Positions 1 through 10,155 of a DNA stretch of 64,000 nucleotides are shown here, piece by piece. The stretch is from Candidatus Eiseniibacteriota bacterium (GTDB taxonomy: Bacteria; Eisenbacteria; RBG-16-71-46). Location: positions 32,001-96,000 of the forward strand of contig CAVZLN010000009.1 in NCBI GenBank assembly GCA_963776245.1, in the 5' to 3' direction. The notes under the pieces are model-generated. The model was not told the DNA's origin. It worked only from the letters and a program-made list of their open reading frames with translations, and did no database searches. The position numbers were made by a program, and so were the translations under genes. Every line of letters begins with the position of its first letter. Position 1 is the stretch's first letter.

Positions 1-838
1 CCAGGCGATGGCCAGTCCCTGCGAATTGCTCGTCGACAGTGAAGAGGGCGCCGGGGTCGCTGCGCTGCTCCAGCTCGTCGAGACCGAGACCCTCCGCATC
101 GAGCGCAAGTTCAGCCGCTACCGCAGCGACAACATCGTCCACCGCATCAACCACGCGGGCGGCAGCCCGGTCGCCGTCGACGCCGAGACCGCCTCGCTCA
201 TCGACTACGGCGCGACCTGCCACGAGATGTCCGGGGGCCGCTTCGACATCACGTCGGGCGCATTGCGCCGGATCTGGCGGTTCGACGGGAGCGACCGCGT
301 CCCCGATGAAGCCGCCGTGCGCGAGGTGCTCCAGCACGTCGGCTGGCATCGGGTGCGCTGGGAGGAGGGCACGCTTACGATGCCGGCGGGGATGGAGATC
401 GACCTCGGGGGGATCGGCAAGGAGTACGCGGTCGACCGTGCGGCCGCCGTCCTGGCGGCGCGGACCTCGGCGGCGTTCCTCGTCAACTTCGGCGGCGACC
501 TGTTCGCCAGCGGCGCGCGCCGCGGCGGCCGGCCGTGGATCGCGGGCGTGGACGACCCCGATCGCACCGGCGACGCGGCGCTCTACCGCATCGAGTTCGA
601 GCGCGGCGGTCTGGCGACGAGCGGGGACGCCCGCCGGTTCGTGCGCTGGAAGGGCCGCCGTCTCGGGCACATCCTCGACCCGCGCACCGGCTGGCCGGTG
701 GAGGACGCTCCGCGTTCGGTGACGGTGCTGGCGGGCGGCTGCATCGAGGCCGGCACGCTCTCCACCCTCGCGTATCTGCGCGGTCCCGGCGCCGCAGCGT
801 TCCTCGAGGCCGAGGGCGTCCAGCACTGGATCCTGTGA
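1..838 (+). CDS. apbE: FAD:protein FMN transferase (ApbE family), 5' end probably outside window
   Basis: Motifs AMASPC, FDITSG, IDLGGIGKEYAVD, VNFGGDL, LATSGD, HILDPRTGWP. The frame is open at the window edge. Confidence 0.9.
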   Translation, partial: QAMASPCELLVDSEEGAGVAALLQLVETETLRIERKFSRYRSDNIVHRINHAGGSPVAVDAETASLIDYGATCHEMSGGRFDITSGALRRIWRFDGSDRVPDEAAVREVLQHVGWHRVRWEEGTLTMPAGMEIDLGGIGKEYAVDRAAAVLAARTSAAFLVNFGGDLFASGARRGGRPWIAGVDDPDRTGDAALYRIEFERGGLATSGDARRFVRWKGRRLGHILDPRTGWPVEDAPRSVTVLAGGCIEAGTLSTLAYLRGPGAAAFLEAEGVQHWIL

Positions 839-905
839 GCCGCGCGATCGTCCGCGTGACTGCGGCGCCCCGTGCCGCTCGCCGGCACGCGCAGTATGGA
901 AGCGG

Positions 906-1835
906 CTAGCGCTTCGCCTGCGGCGGGCCGAGGTGGATCGTGAAGGTCTGCACCGCCTCGCCACCCTTCCCGTCGCTCGCGCGGATGCCAACCGCGTATT
1001 CGCCACCGGCCGACCCACGGGGAGGCAGCGACCAGTCGAGGGCCCCCTGCGGATCGATGGTCATGCCCTCGGGCGCGCTGGACAACTCGTAGCGCAGCGG
1101 ATCGCCGTCCGGATCGACCGCGACCGCCACGTAGTGGAACGCCACGTCGCCGGCGCGCGGCGCGGGCGGCTGCGACGTGAACTGCGGCGGGCGATTGTCG
1201 AGTTCCAGCTGGTCACTGCGCACCGGGGGAGATTCCGCCTCACCATCGGAGGCCACGACCTCGACGGCGATGCGGTCACCGCGGCCGAGGCCGCCGGCCG
1301 GCAGGCTCTCGCCGGCCGCGTCCTTGATGCGGTTGCCGTTGCGGAACCACTGGTAGGCGTACGTGGTGCTGTCCCCGTCCGGGTCCGCGCAGTCCACGCG
1401 CGCCTGGAGTTCCGCGCCGGCGGGCGTGGTGGCCATCACGAGCGTGGCGCGCGTGACCTTGGGCGGGGAGTTCGCGACCCGGGCTTCCGCGCCCAGCATC
1501 CGCGCCTTCCCTCCCGTCGGATCCACGATGGTCACGGCCACCGCGATGCGGTCGCCCTTCGAGAACCCGGAGGGCTCGAGACTGCCGCCCCGGGCGTCCG
1601 CGATCACGGTCCCGTTGCGACGCCATTCGAACTGACACTTCGCGGGGTCCAGCGACGGGTCGTCGAGGACCACCGTGATGCGCGAAGCCGCGAACGGCGG
1701 GTCCGGAGCAAGGCGCACCCCGGCGCTCGCGCTCGGGCCTCCCTGCGCCGGCCTGCCGGCCGACGAGGAGCACCCGCTCGCGAGCAGCACGCACGCGATC
1801 GCGCCCAATCCCCACCACCTCATGGCGCGCGTCAT
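906..1835 (-). CDS. Lipoprotein with Ig-like/cadherin-like beta-sandwich repeats (putative Ig domain)
   Basis: Lipobox-like LASGC, repeated DPDGD..Y.W.RNG motifs, NRPPQFTS..P, GMTIDP.G.L.W. Last gene of the pilin cluster. Confidence 0.75.
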   Translation of the reverse strand: MTRAMRWWGLGAIACVLLASGCSSSAGRPAQGGPSASAGVRLAPDPPFAASRITVVLDDPSLDPAKCQFEWRRNGTVIADARGGSLEPSGFSKGDRIAVAVTIVDPTGGKARMLGAEARVANSPPKVTRATLVMATTPAGAELQARVDCADPDGDSTTYAYQWFRNGNRIKDAAGESLPAGGLGRGDRIAVEVVASDGEAESPPVRSDQLELDNRPPQFTSQPPAPRAGDVAFHYVAVAVDPDGDPLRYELSSAPEGMTIDPQGALDWSLPPRGSAGGEYAVGIRASDGKGGEAVQTFTIHLGPPQAKR

Positions 1836-1868
1836 CGGTCGGACCCCGTCTTCGTCACCGGGCCGCGC

Positions 1869-2288
1869 CTACTGCGGCCTGGATTCGTCGGCGACGCGAA
1901 CCTGATCGCTCGGCTCGGTGACCACCGCGCGGACATAGGTGCCAGGGCGGATCACGACGCTGTAGACCATCATGGAACTGCCCGACTTGAGCCCCGAGAG
2001 CCAGACCATGCGATCGCTGACCACCGTGCCCAACGGGAGGACGCCCCGATCGATCTCGTAGACCAGCGCGTCGGTCGACAGCGTATAGCCGACCCCGTCC
2101 ATCCAGATCTCCCCGTTGAGGACCCCGGAGAAGTCCCCCGACGTCGAGAAGGTCTCGGACCGCAGCAGCGGGCCCGCCTTGCCGAGCGGCCTGGCCTTGC
2201 TCTTGGCGGCACCGGCCGCGGACGCGAGGCTCCCCACCAGCGCGAGGACCAGCGCGAGCCTCAGGGCGATGCCGAATCGATCACGCAT
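1869..2288 (-). CDS. Small exported protein after PilY1 (PilY2-like by position)
   Basis: ATG at 2288 after a GGAGAG RBS. Signal peptide MRDRFGIALRLALVLALVGSLASA followed by a beta-rich ~115 aa mature part. Confidence 0.6.
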   Translation of the reverse strand: MRDRFGIALRLALVLALVGSLASAAGAAKSKARPLGKAGPLLRSETFSTSGDFSGVLNGEIWMDGVGYTLSTDALVYEIDRGVLPLGTVVSDRMVWLSGLKSGSSMMVYSVVIRPGTYVRAVVTEPSDQVRVADESRPQ

Positions 2289-2302
2289 GATGTTCTCTCC
2301 TC

Positions 2303-5020
2303 TCAGTTCCACTTCTGGCGCCACGAACGCACCATGAGCTTCTTGAGCCCGGCATTGATGTTGTGCGTCAACAGCACCGCGTTGGAGGACTGCAGGATGA
2401 GCGCCTCGTTCACGAGGTCGACCGACGGGTCGGCGAGGATCCCGTCGCCCATGGACTCGACGCGGCCCGCCGTGGTGTTGTTCTCGGTGCCGTTGGCGTT
2501 GTCCGGCGCGGAACCGTCCTTGTAGTCGAGCGAGTAGAGCCAGGACTGCCCGCCGCCGCTGCACGCGTCCGCGTTCGGGAGGAACGACGGCAGGTAGAGC
2601 GTCCCGGCGATCAGCGCCGCGCTGCGGGTCACGCGTTCGCCGGCGTGCTCGACGAGGTTCACGTACCAGCCGCGCTTGGTGCTGGTCACGGCCTGGATGG
2701 TCGAGGACTGGTCCACCAGGCTGGACAGCGAGACCGTCGCGCCCGTGCCGTCGTCGATGATGCCGTAGATCGTCTGGGTGGCGGTGTTCGACACGTCCGA
2801 GGCCTGCAGGTACTGGCCGGTGCCGAAGAAGATCATCGGGCGGCCCAGTTCGTCCATGGTCAGGACCGGGGCGGCCTGGATGGGCTTCCCGCAGTTGAAC
2901 AGCAGGGTGACGGTCCACGGATTGACCCGGAGGTTCACGCGCCAGAGACGTCCGGTGAGGTCGCCGAGGTAGAGGAGGTCGTCGTAGCCGTCGAAGTCCG
3001 TGTCGATCGCCGTCCCCTTCGTGGTCTTGTTGCCCGCGACCGGCGAACCGAGCGCGAGGGTGGAGAGCACCGACCCGTTGGCGGGATCGATGACGAGGAG
3101 GTTGGCCTGGGCGGACACCGCGCTGAGTCCGGTGCCGACCGCGAGCACCTGCCGGTTGAGCGTGCGGTCGCGGACCAGCGTCGGCGGGTTCCACGAGCCA
3201 TTGAGCGCCGGGATGTCGACGTCCCAGAGCAGGCTGATCTGGTTCGCGGCCGGGTTCGTGACGTCGAGCGCGAACAGGCCGCTGCCGCCCCGCTCCTCCC
3301 CGCCGATGAGGACCGTCTTCCACTGGCCGCCCACGTACATGTCGTACGCCACCGGCGTCAGGTTGACGAAGTACTCGTGGCAATACGACGTGCTCATCAG
3401 GTCCTTGCAGCTTCGGCAGCTGGTTCTTCGGGACGTAGGCCCACTGCTCGGTACCGTCGGTGGCGTCGAAGCAGTGCAGCATGCCGTCGTTGGCGCCGAC
3501 GTACAGGACCTCGGCTCGGCTCAGGTTGGCCGCACGGAACTCCGCGTACCCGGGCAGCCGATTCAGCCCCGTCGGCTTGCCGAGCATGAGCGGCGAGGAG
3601 TCCACGATGTCACCCAGGCTCCATCCCGCACGATCGCGGGTCCCGGAGACGGCGCTGCCGCGGGTGTAGTTGATGATGTTCGTGGCCTGCGCGACGTCCG
3701 CGGCCCCGAGCGGCGTGACCAGGCTCGCGGCGTTGGTGGTCGTCAGCGGGAGGAGACTGGTCCCGGTCGTCGAGGTGAGGATGGTCCGCGTGCTGGGATC
3801 GCGGCCGACCAGCATGCTGCCCGCCTCCCAGAGCGAGCGTCGCCCGCGTGGTACGGCAGGTTGAACGCCTCGACGAAACCGCGCCAGGTCTGCGACTCGT
3901 ATCGCGCCCGGTACAGCCGGTTGTTGGTGCGGTCCTCGGCCGAGACCACCGAGACCGCCGAGCCGGCCGAGATGCGGGCCTCGATCGCGATGAAGGCCTC
4001 GCTCGAGCGCGACCGCCAAGCCCCGCGGGGTTGCTCACGCTGAAGTACGCGCCGCCGCCCTCGTCCGCGGTGAGCTGCAGGATGGGCGCGTTGAGGTTGA
4101 AGCCGATCACGAACGTCGCCACGTTCTGGATGCCGTCCAGGTCGGCGCGCAGGTCGTTCCGGTACAGGTAGGCCGCCACGTCGTCCAGGTAATGCGAGCA
4201 GTTGTAGCTGTTCGGGTACGGGGCCCCGAGGCTGGTGCACGTCCCGGGGTCCTTGCCGTCGCCGTTGACGTCCTGCAGGTAGGCGGGGACGTTCAGGTCC
4301 TTGGTCGGATAGCCGTCGGTGACGATGACGATGAACGACTTCTGGCAGGACGCCTTGATCGGGCGCCGAGGTGTCGGCCCGCTGGTAGTAGTTCAGCGCG
4401 GTGACCATGCTTTCCGCGAGCGGCGTCCACGAATCCGCGGCGATCCGACCAACCTGGGTCTGGAGCGTCGCGATCGGGGTGCCCATGGGCGAGACCAGGT
4501 GGCCGCCATTGTCGTTGTTGAAGTCCATCAGCGCCGAACCGCACGCTGGTGCTGGTCGCGAGCACCGTGTTCACCGCCTGCTTCGCCACCTGGATGCGCG
4601 TCACCGTGGGGATCGCGGCGCGCTGCGCCGAAGTCGCGTTGAAGAAGATCCAGTTGAGGTAGTTGCCGTCGTACTGGCCGCGCCTGGCCGTTGTCGCTGT
4701 TGACCAGGTACGCGGTCGGCGTGGTCGGCCCACTTGTTGTTGAAGACTCGCGGCGTGTAGGTGCCGTCCTTGGAGATGTTGTAGGTAGTTGCCCTTCGTG
4801 AAGTTGCCCGAGTAGGTCGTGCCGGGGTTGTAGGCGTCGGAGCAGATGGCCTCGTTCATGCTCCCCGAGTTGTCGAGGAGGATCAGGACGTTGGCCTCTG
4901 CCGCCGCCGTGGCTGATGACGAGGGGCACGTCACAGGTGGTGGCGCGGGCAAGGCCGCCCGGCCGATCGACACGGCCGCCATGACGCAGCCGAGCCGAGT
5001 GCTGGATCGCGACGTCGCAT
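2303..5020 (-). CDS. pilY1: Type IV pilus tip adhesin PilY1/PilC (vWA + beta-propeller), split by many frameshifts
   Basis: Consecutive fragments in different frames: NVLILLDNSGSM (vWA MIDAS), WTPLAESM, LGDIVDSSP, LYVGANDGMLHCFDA..G.E.WAY.P, DTDFDGYDD.LY.GD..G.LWR, GWYVNL...GERV, terminal RSWRQ. Confidence 0.85.
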
Positions 5021-5022
5021 GA

Positions 5023-5506
5023 TCAGTAGCCCTCCCGGTACAGCCGCGTGGCGGACGACCTCGATGGCGGCTTCCGACTGCTGCGCGCTCGCGCCCCTTT
5101 GCCTTGACCCGGTACTCGTAGTCCTTGTATTCGACGCTCCAGCCCGGCCGGAAGCGCCGGCGCATGTACTGCACGTCGTACCGATAGCGGCTGTCGGTGG
5201 CTCAGCGGTCGTGTAGGCCGTCGACACATAGACGTGGCTCAGCGAGTCCACCAGCGGCGGCGGGCTGTATTCGCGCTGCAGCCAGTTGACCCCGGCCTCG
5301 CTCGCGGCGTCGGCGGAGTAGAAGGAGCGGGTGTTCGAGTACTCGGAGAGCGCCGTGCGCTTCTCGGACGCGACGATCGCGATGACGACCATGGCGAGCA
5401 CGGTGAGCACGGCGAGCACGCCGAGCACCAGCACCATCGCGGCTCCGCGTTCGCTGGCCGTTCGTGGGGTCATGGTCGGCATCCTCCTCATGACATCCTG
5501 AGACAT
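5023..5506 (-). CDS. pilX: PilX-like minor pilin (frameshifted)
   Basis: ERG|AAMVLVLGVLAVLTVLAMVVI and SFYSADAASEAG (PilX N-terminal pattern). The C-terminus continues in other frames (YRYDVQYMRR...ATRLYREGY). Confidence 0.75.
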
Positions 5507-5512
5507 CCGCCC

Positions 5513-6116
5513 CTACATGTTGCGGAGCGTGACCCTCGTGGTGAGCGTGATCGGCTGTGAATCGCGGTCCTCGCACGTGATGGTCAGCGCGATGGCGTGC
5601 ACGAGGGCCGCGTCGGCGGCACTCAGCGGCAGGGCGGCCAGCGGCTGGTTCGCCGAGTCGAAGTAGGTGAACCCCATCGCCGTGACGTGCGTGAGCAGCG
5701 GGCTCGCCCCGGAGCCCGGATTCCGGGTGATCACCCGGGCGGTGCTGTCGTAGGCGTACGTGACGTCCTCCGACGGTTCGGCGGTCTGGATCACGCCGTC
5801 GCCGTTCAGGTCCGCGCGCACGTGGAGGGTCTGCGAGTCCGCGCCGACGATCGCGACGATGCCGACCGGCGGGATGCTCGGGTCGGCCCCGGCCTGGCGC
5901 ATCTCCGTCGTCATGAGCGAGATGGTCTGCCGCGCGCCCGCCTGGACCGACGCGCGCTTGACCGTCCTCGACTCCACCCGGCTCGACGACAGCAGGATCG
6001 AGGTCGCGATCAGGATCACGACCCCGAGGATCGCTGATGGCGATCAGCAGCTCGATCAGCGTCATCCCGGAATCGGTCCGGACGCGGCCGCGGGTGCGCC
6101 TCACGTCGCGCCTCAC
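5513..6116 (-). CDS. pilW: PilW-like minor pilin (one frameshift near 6030)
   Basis: Prepilin site SG|MTLIELLIA, then in another frame ISLMTTEMRQAG...DLNGDG...VTYAYD. GTGA overlap with the upstream gene. Confidence 0.75.
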
Positions 6117-6487
6117 CGGGAGGCCACCATGCTGTTGAGCTGCATGGCGAGCGGCACCCCCGCTTCCGACCACGAAACGGTGACGCACACGTGCTTGAGT
6201 CCGACCTGGACCGAATCCACGTCGGTCCGCCAGTTGAACCCGTCGGTCTGACCGGAGTCCGGGACCACGAGTTCGAATCCCACTCCGCGCGTCATCTCGA
6301 CCTGCGCCTGGGCGACCTCGAGGGCGCGGCTCCGCCGGCCGGTCGCGTACACGTCCGAGGAGGACCGCGTCTGCACCCCCGCGAGCGCCAGCACGCCGAC
6401 GGCGAGGATGACCAGGGCGACCATGATCTCGATCAGCGTCATGCCGGCCGTGTCGCGGCCTGCCGGAGGCCGGACTTCGCTAGTCAT
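6113..6487 (-). CDS. pilV: PilV-like minor pilin
   Basis: AG|MTLIEIMVALVILAVGVLAL N-methylation motif and C-terminal VTVSW. Confidence 0.8.
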   Translation of the reverse strand: MTSEVRPPAGRDTAGMTLIEIMVALVILAVGVLALAGVQTRSSSDVYATGRRSRALEVAQAQVEMTRGVGFELVVPDSGQTDGFNWRTDVDSVQVGLKHVCVTVSWSEAGVPLAMQLNSMVASR

Positions 6488-6902
6488 GAGCGACACTCCC
6501 ATTGGCCATGAGTTGCACGCCCTTGGACGCGTGGGCGTCGGCCACCGTGATCGCGACAGGGCTCGCGAGCCCCCAGGGGTAGAACGTGGCCGTGTCGGTC
6601 GCCGCGAGGGTCACCCCGGGCGGCAACTGTCGCGTGCGCATCGTGGCGGCCGGCGACAGACGGTTCACGCTGTAGGCAGCGGACTGGAAGCGGATCTCAT
6701 AGGTCTTGCGCTGCGCGTTGGCGAGCGCGCGGGTCTCGGTGAGGTCCGCCATGAGCGTGTTGGTCGCGCCCTCGAGCCGGCTGGACCGGATGTAGCCGGC
6801 CACCGACGGGGCGGCGATCGCGACGAGGATGCCGAAGATCCCGAGCACGACCACCATCTCGAGCAACGAGAATCCCCGCGCGTCCTGACGTGGTGTCCTC
6901 AT
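6480..6902 (-). CDS. fimT: FimT/FimU (GspH-like) minor pilin
   Basis: RG|FSLLEMVVVLGIFGILVAIAAP...RLEGATNTLMADL...RALA and a late F.P.G motif. Confidence 0.8.
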   Translation of the reverse strand: MRTPRQDARGFSLLEMVVVLGIFGILVAIAAPSVAGYIRSSRLEGATNTLMADLTETRALANAQRKTYEIRFQSAAYSVNRLSPAATMRTRQLPPGVTLAATDTATFYPWGLASPVAITVADAHASKGVQLMANGSVAHD

Positions 6903-6996
6903 GCGAATGACTCCCGAGATGGCGTGAACCGATGCCGGCCTTCCCGGATAGCAATGGCTTCCGGGGGCCGGATGTGGTGCGTCCCATGGCCGTACG

Positions 6997-7012
6997 TGCA
7001 AGTGAGGTGCCA
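6997..7012 (-). promoter_or_regulatory. sigma54 (-24/-12) promoter of the minor pilin operon
   Basis: Minus strand reads TGGCACCTCACTTGCA, an exact TGGCAC-N5-TTGCA match about 95 nt upstream of the fimT ATG. Confidence 0.85.
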
Positions 7013-7276
7013 GCATCGTCCTGGTGGCGTGGGGCCAGTGATTGCAGCCCCGAGGGGCGCGTCCGGGGCGGGGGGACGGAGTCTGCGGATTGCGGATCGC
7101 ACTCGGGAGGGCGGGCTGCAATGCCGCCGCGTGAGCCGGCGCGGATGCCGGCGCGATCGGTTCTTCCAAGGTGCCCGACGCGACGCTGCAGAATGCGGCT
7201 CCGACCGACCGGCCCTCGCACGCGGACGCATGCGCCGCCGGGCCTCGAGCCGGAACCGCCGCGGCGCGTCCTTCGG

Positions 7277-8599
7277 TCAGCCCCTCGCCGGCCGGCCCAT
7301 CGATCCCGCCACGCGTCCCGCCAGCGCGCGGGCGAGCGCCATCATCGCTGCCGTGCCGTAGATGATGACGAACACGTCCAGCGGAAGGCGGTAACGCGTC
7401 TTCGCCAACACCACCGCGTGGACCGCGGTGTAGGCGAGCGCGAGGAACACCACCAGCACGGACAGCCGGCTCCGGCGCACCGTCCAGATCAACCACGCCG
7501 CGGCGAAGGGCAGCAGCAGCCCGTACGAGAGCATGCTGGCGAGCTTCTCCAGCCCCAGGCGCGGCCGGTCCACGGTCATCGGGGGGACGTAGACGGCCCA
7601 GAAGATCCGCGCCTTGCTCAGCGTCAGACGGAGGAACCGGGGGAGGTCGGCCGCGATGTACTCCAGGCCGCGGCTGGAGAAGGAACGGTCCTTCGACACC
7701 TCGCCCTTGACGTGGAACCAGATGCGATCGGCCTCGTCCGACATGCCGGGCAGATTCATGCGGTTCCCGGTGGCGGCCTGGATCCCCGGGTAGTTCCCGA
7801 GCCACAGGTTGTACCCGCCATTGGTGGAGATGAGCACCGGGTGCCCGAGCACGAGTTGGTTGCGCGCGGTCCACGCGCCCACGATCAGGACCACGGGCAG
7901 CAGGTACACGAACGCGAGCGTCAGCGCGCGGGGCCGCGAGCCGCCCGGTGCCGCGCGCGTGGGCACGCCGTTCCAGACCATCCATGGCGCGAGCAGCAGG
8001 AGCGCCGCGAACGACGACGCGGCGGCCAGTCCCGCCCAGCCGGCAAGCGCGCCGGCGACGGCCGCCGCCGCCGCCGAATCCCGCTCGAGCGCCACCACCA
8101 CCAGCAGCACGCTGCCGGCGACCAGGGCGATCAGCAGGGTGGCCGGGAACATCGCCCCCACGGTGTAGATGAAGAGCGGGTAGAGCGCGGTGGCCAGCGC
8201 GGCGAGACGGGCGCTGTCGCGGTCCGCGACGCGCCGCGCGAGCCCCGCCACCAGCGCCACCGTGCCGGCGCTGATGAGCGCCTGGACGACGCGCACCGCG
8301 GTGACGTTCACGCCGAACAGCGCGTACACGATGGCCAGCAGGAACGGATACCCGGGGGGCCAGAACGCCGAGGGATGGCCGTTGGCGTCCGAATAGGTGC
8401 CGTGCTGCACCATGCCGGTGGCGATGCGGGAGTACTGCTCGCCGTCGTACCAGTAGATGCGCGGCTCGAGGGTGAGCACGTACCCGATCCGGACCAGCAG
8501 CGCCAGCAGGCATGCCAGCGCCACGAAGTGCGCCTGGCGCTCCGGCCACAACAGCCGCAGGAACGCGTTGCGCGGTCGGTCCGCCGGGGCCGGGCTCAC
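7277..8599 (-). CDS. GT-C fold membrane glycosyltransferase (ArnT/PMT_2-like)
   Basis: Multi-TM with YDGEQY, PPGYP.LLA..Y, ALYP, NGGYNLWLGN and RYRLP. GTGA overlap with the upstream gene. Confidence 0.75.
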   Translation of the reverse strand: MSPAPADRPRNAFLRLLWPERQAHFVALACLLALLVRIGYVLTLEPRIYWYDGEQYSRIATGMVQHGTYSDANGHPSAFWPPGYPFLLAIVYALFGVNVTAVRVVQALISAGTVALVAGLARRVADRDSARLAALATALYPLFIYTVGAMFPATLLIALVAGSVLLVVVALERDSAAAAAVAGALAGWAGLAAASSFAALLLLAPWMVWNGVPTRAAPGGSRPRALTLAFVYLLPVVLIVGAWTARNQLVLGHPVLISTNGGYNLWLGNYPGIQAATGNRMNLPGMSDEADRIWFHVKGEVSKDRSFSSRGLEYIAADLPRFLRLTLSKARIFWAVYVPPMTVDRPRLGLEKLASMLSYGLLLPFAAAWLIWTVRRSRLSVLVVFLALAYTAVHAVVLAKTRYRLPLDVFVIIYGTAAMMALARALAGRVAGSMGRPARG

Positions 8600-10155
8600 G
8601 GGCGCCCGTCCGGTCCGCCCGGGCGCGGGGCCGCGATGAACCGGTAGACCGGCATCCGGGTGAATCGCCACTCCTTCTCCTGCGTCATGGTGCGCCGGCA
8701 GAGTCTCAGGAACCGGTCGTCGCGGTCCACCCACCAGCTCTGGCTCTGGACGATCCACACGCGCCGTCTGCCCCGCGCGGTCTCATCGAGCCAGCGCTCG
8801 AGCGCGCCTGCGCGGGTGAAGTCCTCGGTCCGCGGGCGCACGAGCGTCACCGATTCGCGCACATAGTATCGCACCGGCTCGTCGAGGACGTACACGATCA
8901 CCGCGTCTCCGGGCGCGGCCTCGTGGTTCAGCAGCTCGCCCGCGCCGCGCGCGTCCGGTCTCCAGTAGCGCGTGTCGGTGAAGTACTGGACGTCCGCGAA
9001 CAGCATGAGCCCGAGCACCGCCGCGAGGCTGGTCCAGCGCAGGACGGGATGCCGCACCGCCGCCACCCCGAGCGCCAGCAGGATCAGGTAGGGCGCCAGC
9101 GCGAGGATGGCGTACCTCGAGTTGGGCGCTTTCAGGTTCAGCATCGAGAGGCCGGCCATCAGGAGCACCGGGAGCGACACCCACAGCGCGAGCAGCGCGC
9201 GCGCCCGGCGGTCGGCGCGGCGCAGACCGTGGAACGCGAGCGCCGCGAACAGCAGTCCGGCGGGCGCGAGATACCACAGGTGGGGCGTCAGCGCCGCGAA
9301 TCGGTGCAGCTTGAGCTCGTCGGTGGAGGGTCCGATCGAGAGCCCGAGCGAGAAGTTGTAGAAGGTGAACGGGATGCTCGCGAGCCCGGGCGGGGACTCG
9401 CCCTTCACGGCCACCGGGCCGCTCCCTTCCGCTGGCCTCCCGAGATGCAGCGGGCCGGTGGAGGCCGCCCCGGCGATGATCCAGGGCGAGAGCAGCCCCG
9501 CCACCAACACGGCCAGCGCGATCAGCCGCCGCAGCGGGTAGCGCGGCCGCGGTCCGGCGGCCACCAGGTACGCGCCGTCCAGCGCCAGCAGCAGCATCCC
9601 CGCGAGGTTCGCGAGACAGGCCGCCACCGTCGCGACGAGCGCCAGCAGGAAGCTCGCGCGCGTGCGCCGCTCGACGTCGGCGAGGAACGCCGCCACCGCG
9701 AGCAGCCCGAGGTCGAACAGGAGCGCGTAGTTCCGCGCCTCCTGGCTGTACCACAGGTGGAAGGGCGAGCACGCGAGCAGGACCAGCGCGAGCAGGGCCA
9801 CCCGCCGCCCGACCAGCGGGCGCGCGACCCGTTGGAAGAGCACCAGCCCGAGCGCGCCGAGGATCGCGGACAGGGCCCGCACTGCGGCCTCCGACTTGCC
9901 GGCCGCCAGCATCCAGCCCTTGAGCAGGATCAGGTAGAGCGGGCCGTGCACGTTGAGCGCGATGTCGGCGAAGGTCTCCCCACCCATCCCGCTGGCGCTG
10001 CTGACGGAGCGGATCTCGTCGTCCCAGAGACTCTGCTGCCCGAGCGCGAGCAGGCGGAGCGCGCAGCCGGCGGCGATGACGCACAGCACCGCCACGTCCC
10101 ACGACCTCCGCCGCGGGTCGACCGCCGCCCCGCCGGCCGCGGCCCCGGCGCTCAC
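8596..10155 (-). CDS. GT-C fold glycosyltransferase (GT39/PMT_2-like)
   Basis: SLWDDE, HGPLY..LL..W, SEAAVRALS, SPFHLWYSQEARNY. Multi-TM with a periplasmic C-terminal domain. Confidence 0.8.
   Translation of the reverse strand: MSAGAAAGGAAVDPRRRSWDVAVLCVIAAGCALRLLALGQQSLWDDEIRSVSSASGMGGETFADIALNVHGPLYLILLKGWMLAAGKSEAAVRALSAILGALGLVLFQRVARPLVGRRVALLALVLLACSPFHLWYSQEARNYALLFDLGLLAVAAFLADVERRTRASFLLALVATVAACLANLAGMLLLALDGAYLVAAGPRPRYPLRRLIALAVLVAGLLSPWIIAGAASTGPLHLGRPAEGSGPVAVKGESPPGLASIPFTFYNFSLGLSIGPSTDELKLHRFAALTPHLWYLAPAGLLFAALAFHGLRRADRRARALLALWVSLPVLLMAGLSMLNLKAPNSRYAILALAPYLILLALGVAAVRHPVLRWTSLAAVLGLMLFADVQYFTDTRYWRPDARGAGELLNHEAAPGDAVIVYVLDEPVRYYVRESVTLVRPRTEDFTRAGALERWLDETARGRRRVWIVQSQSWWVDRDDRFLRLCRRTMTQEKEWRFTRMPVYRFIAAPRPGGPDGRP

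Noticed and set aside
1869..4019. 716-aa ORF as a single gene
   Set aside because: It is a chimera of a PilY1 fragment, off-frame sequence and the separate small exported gene, created by frameshifts.
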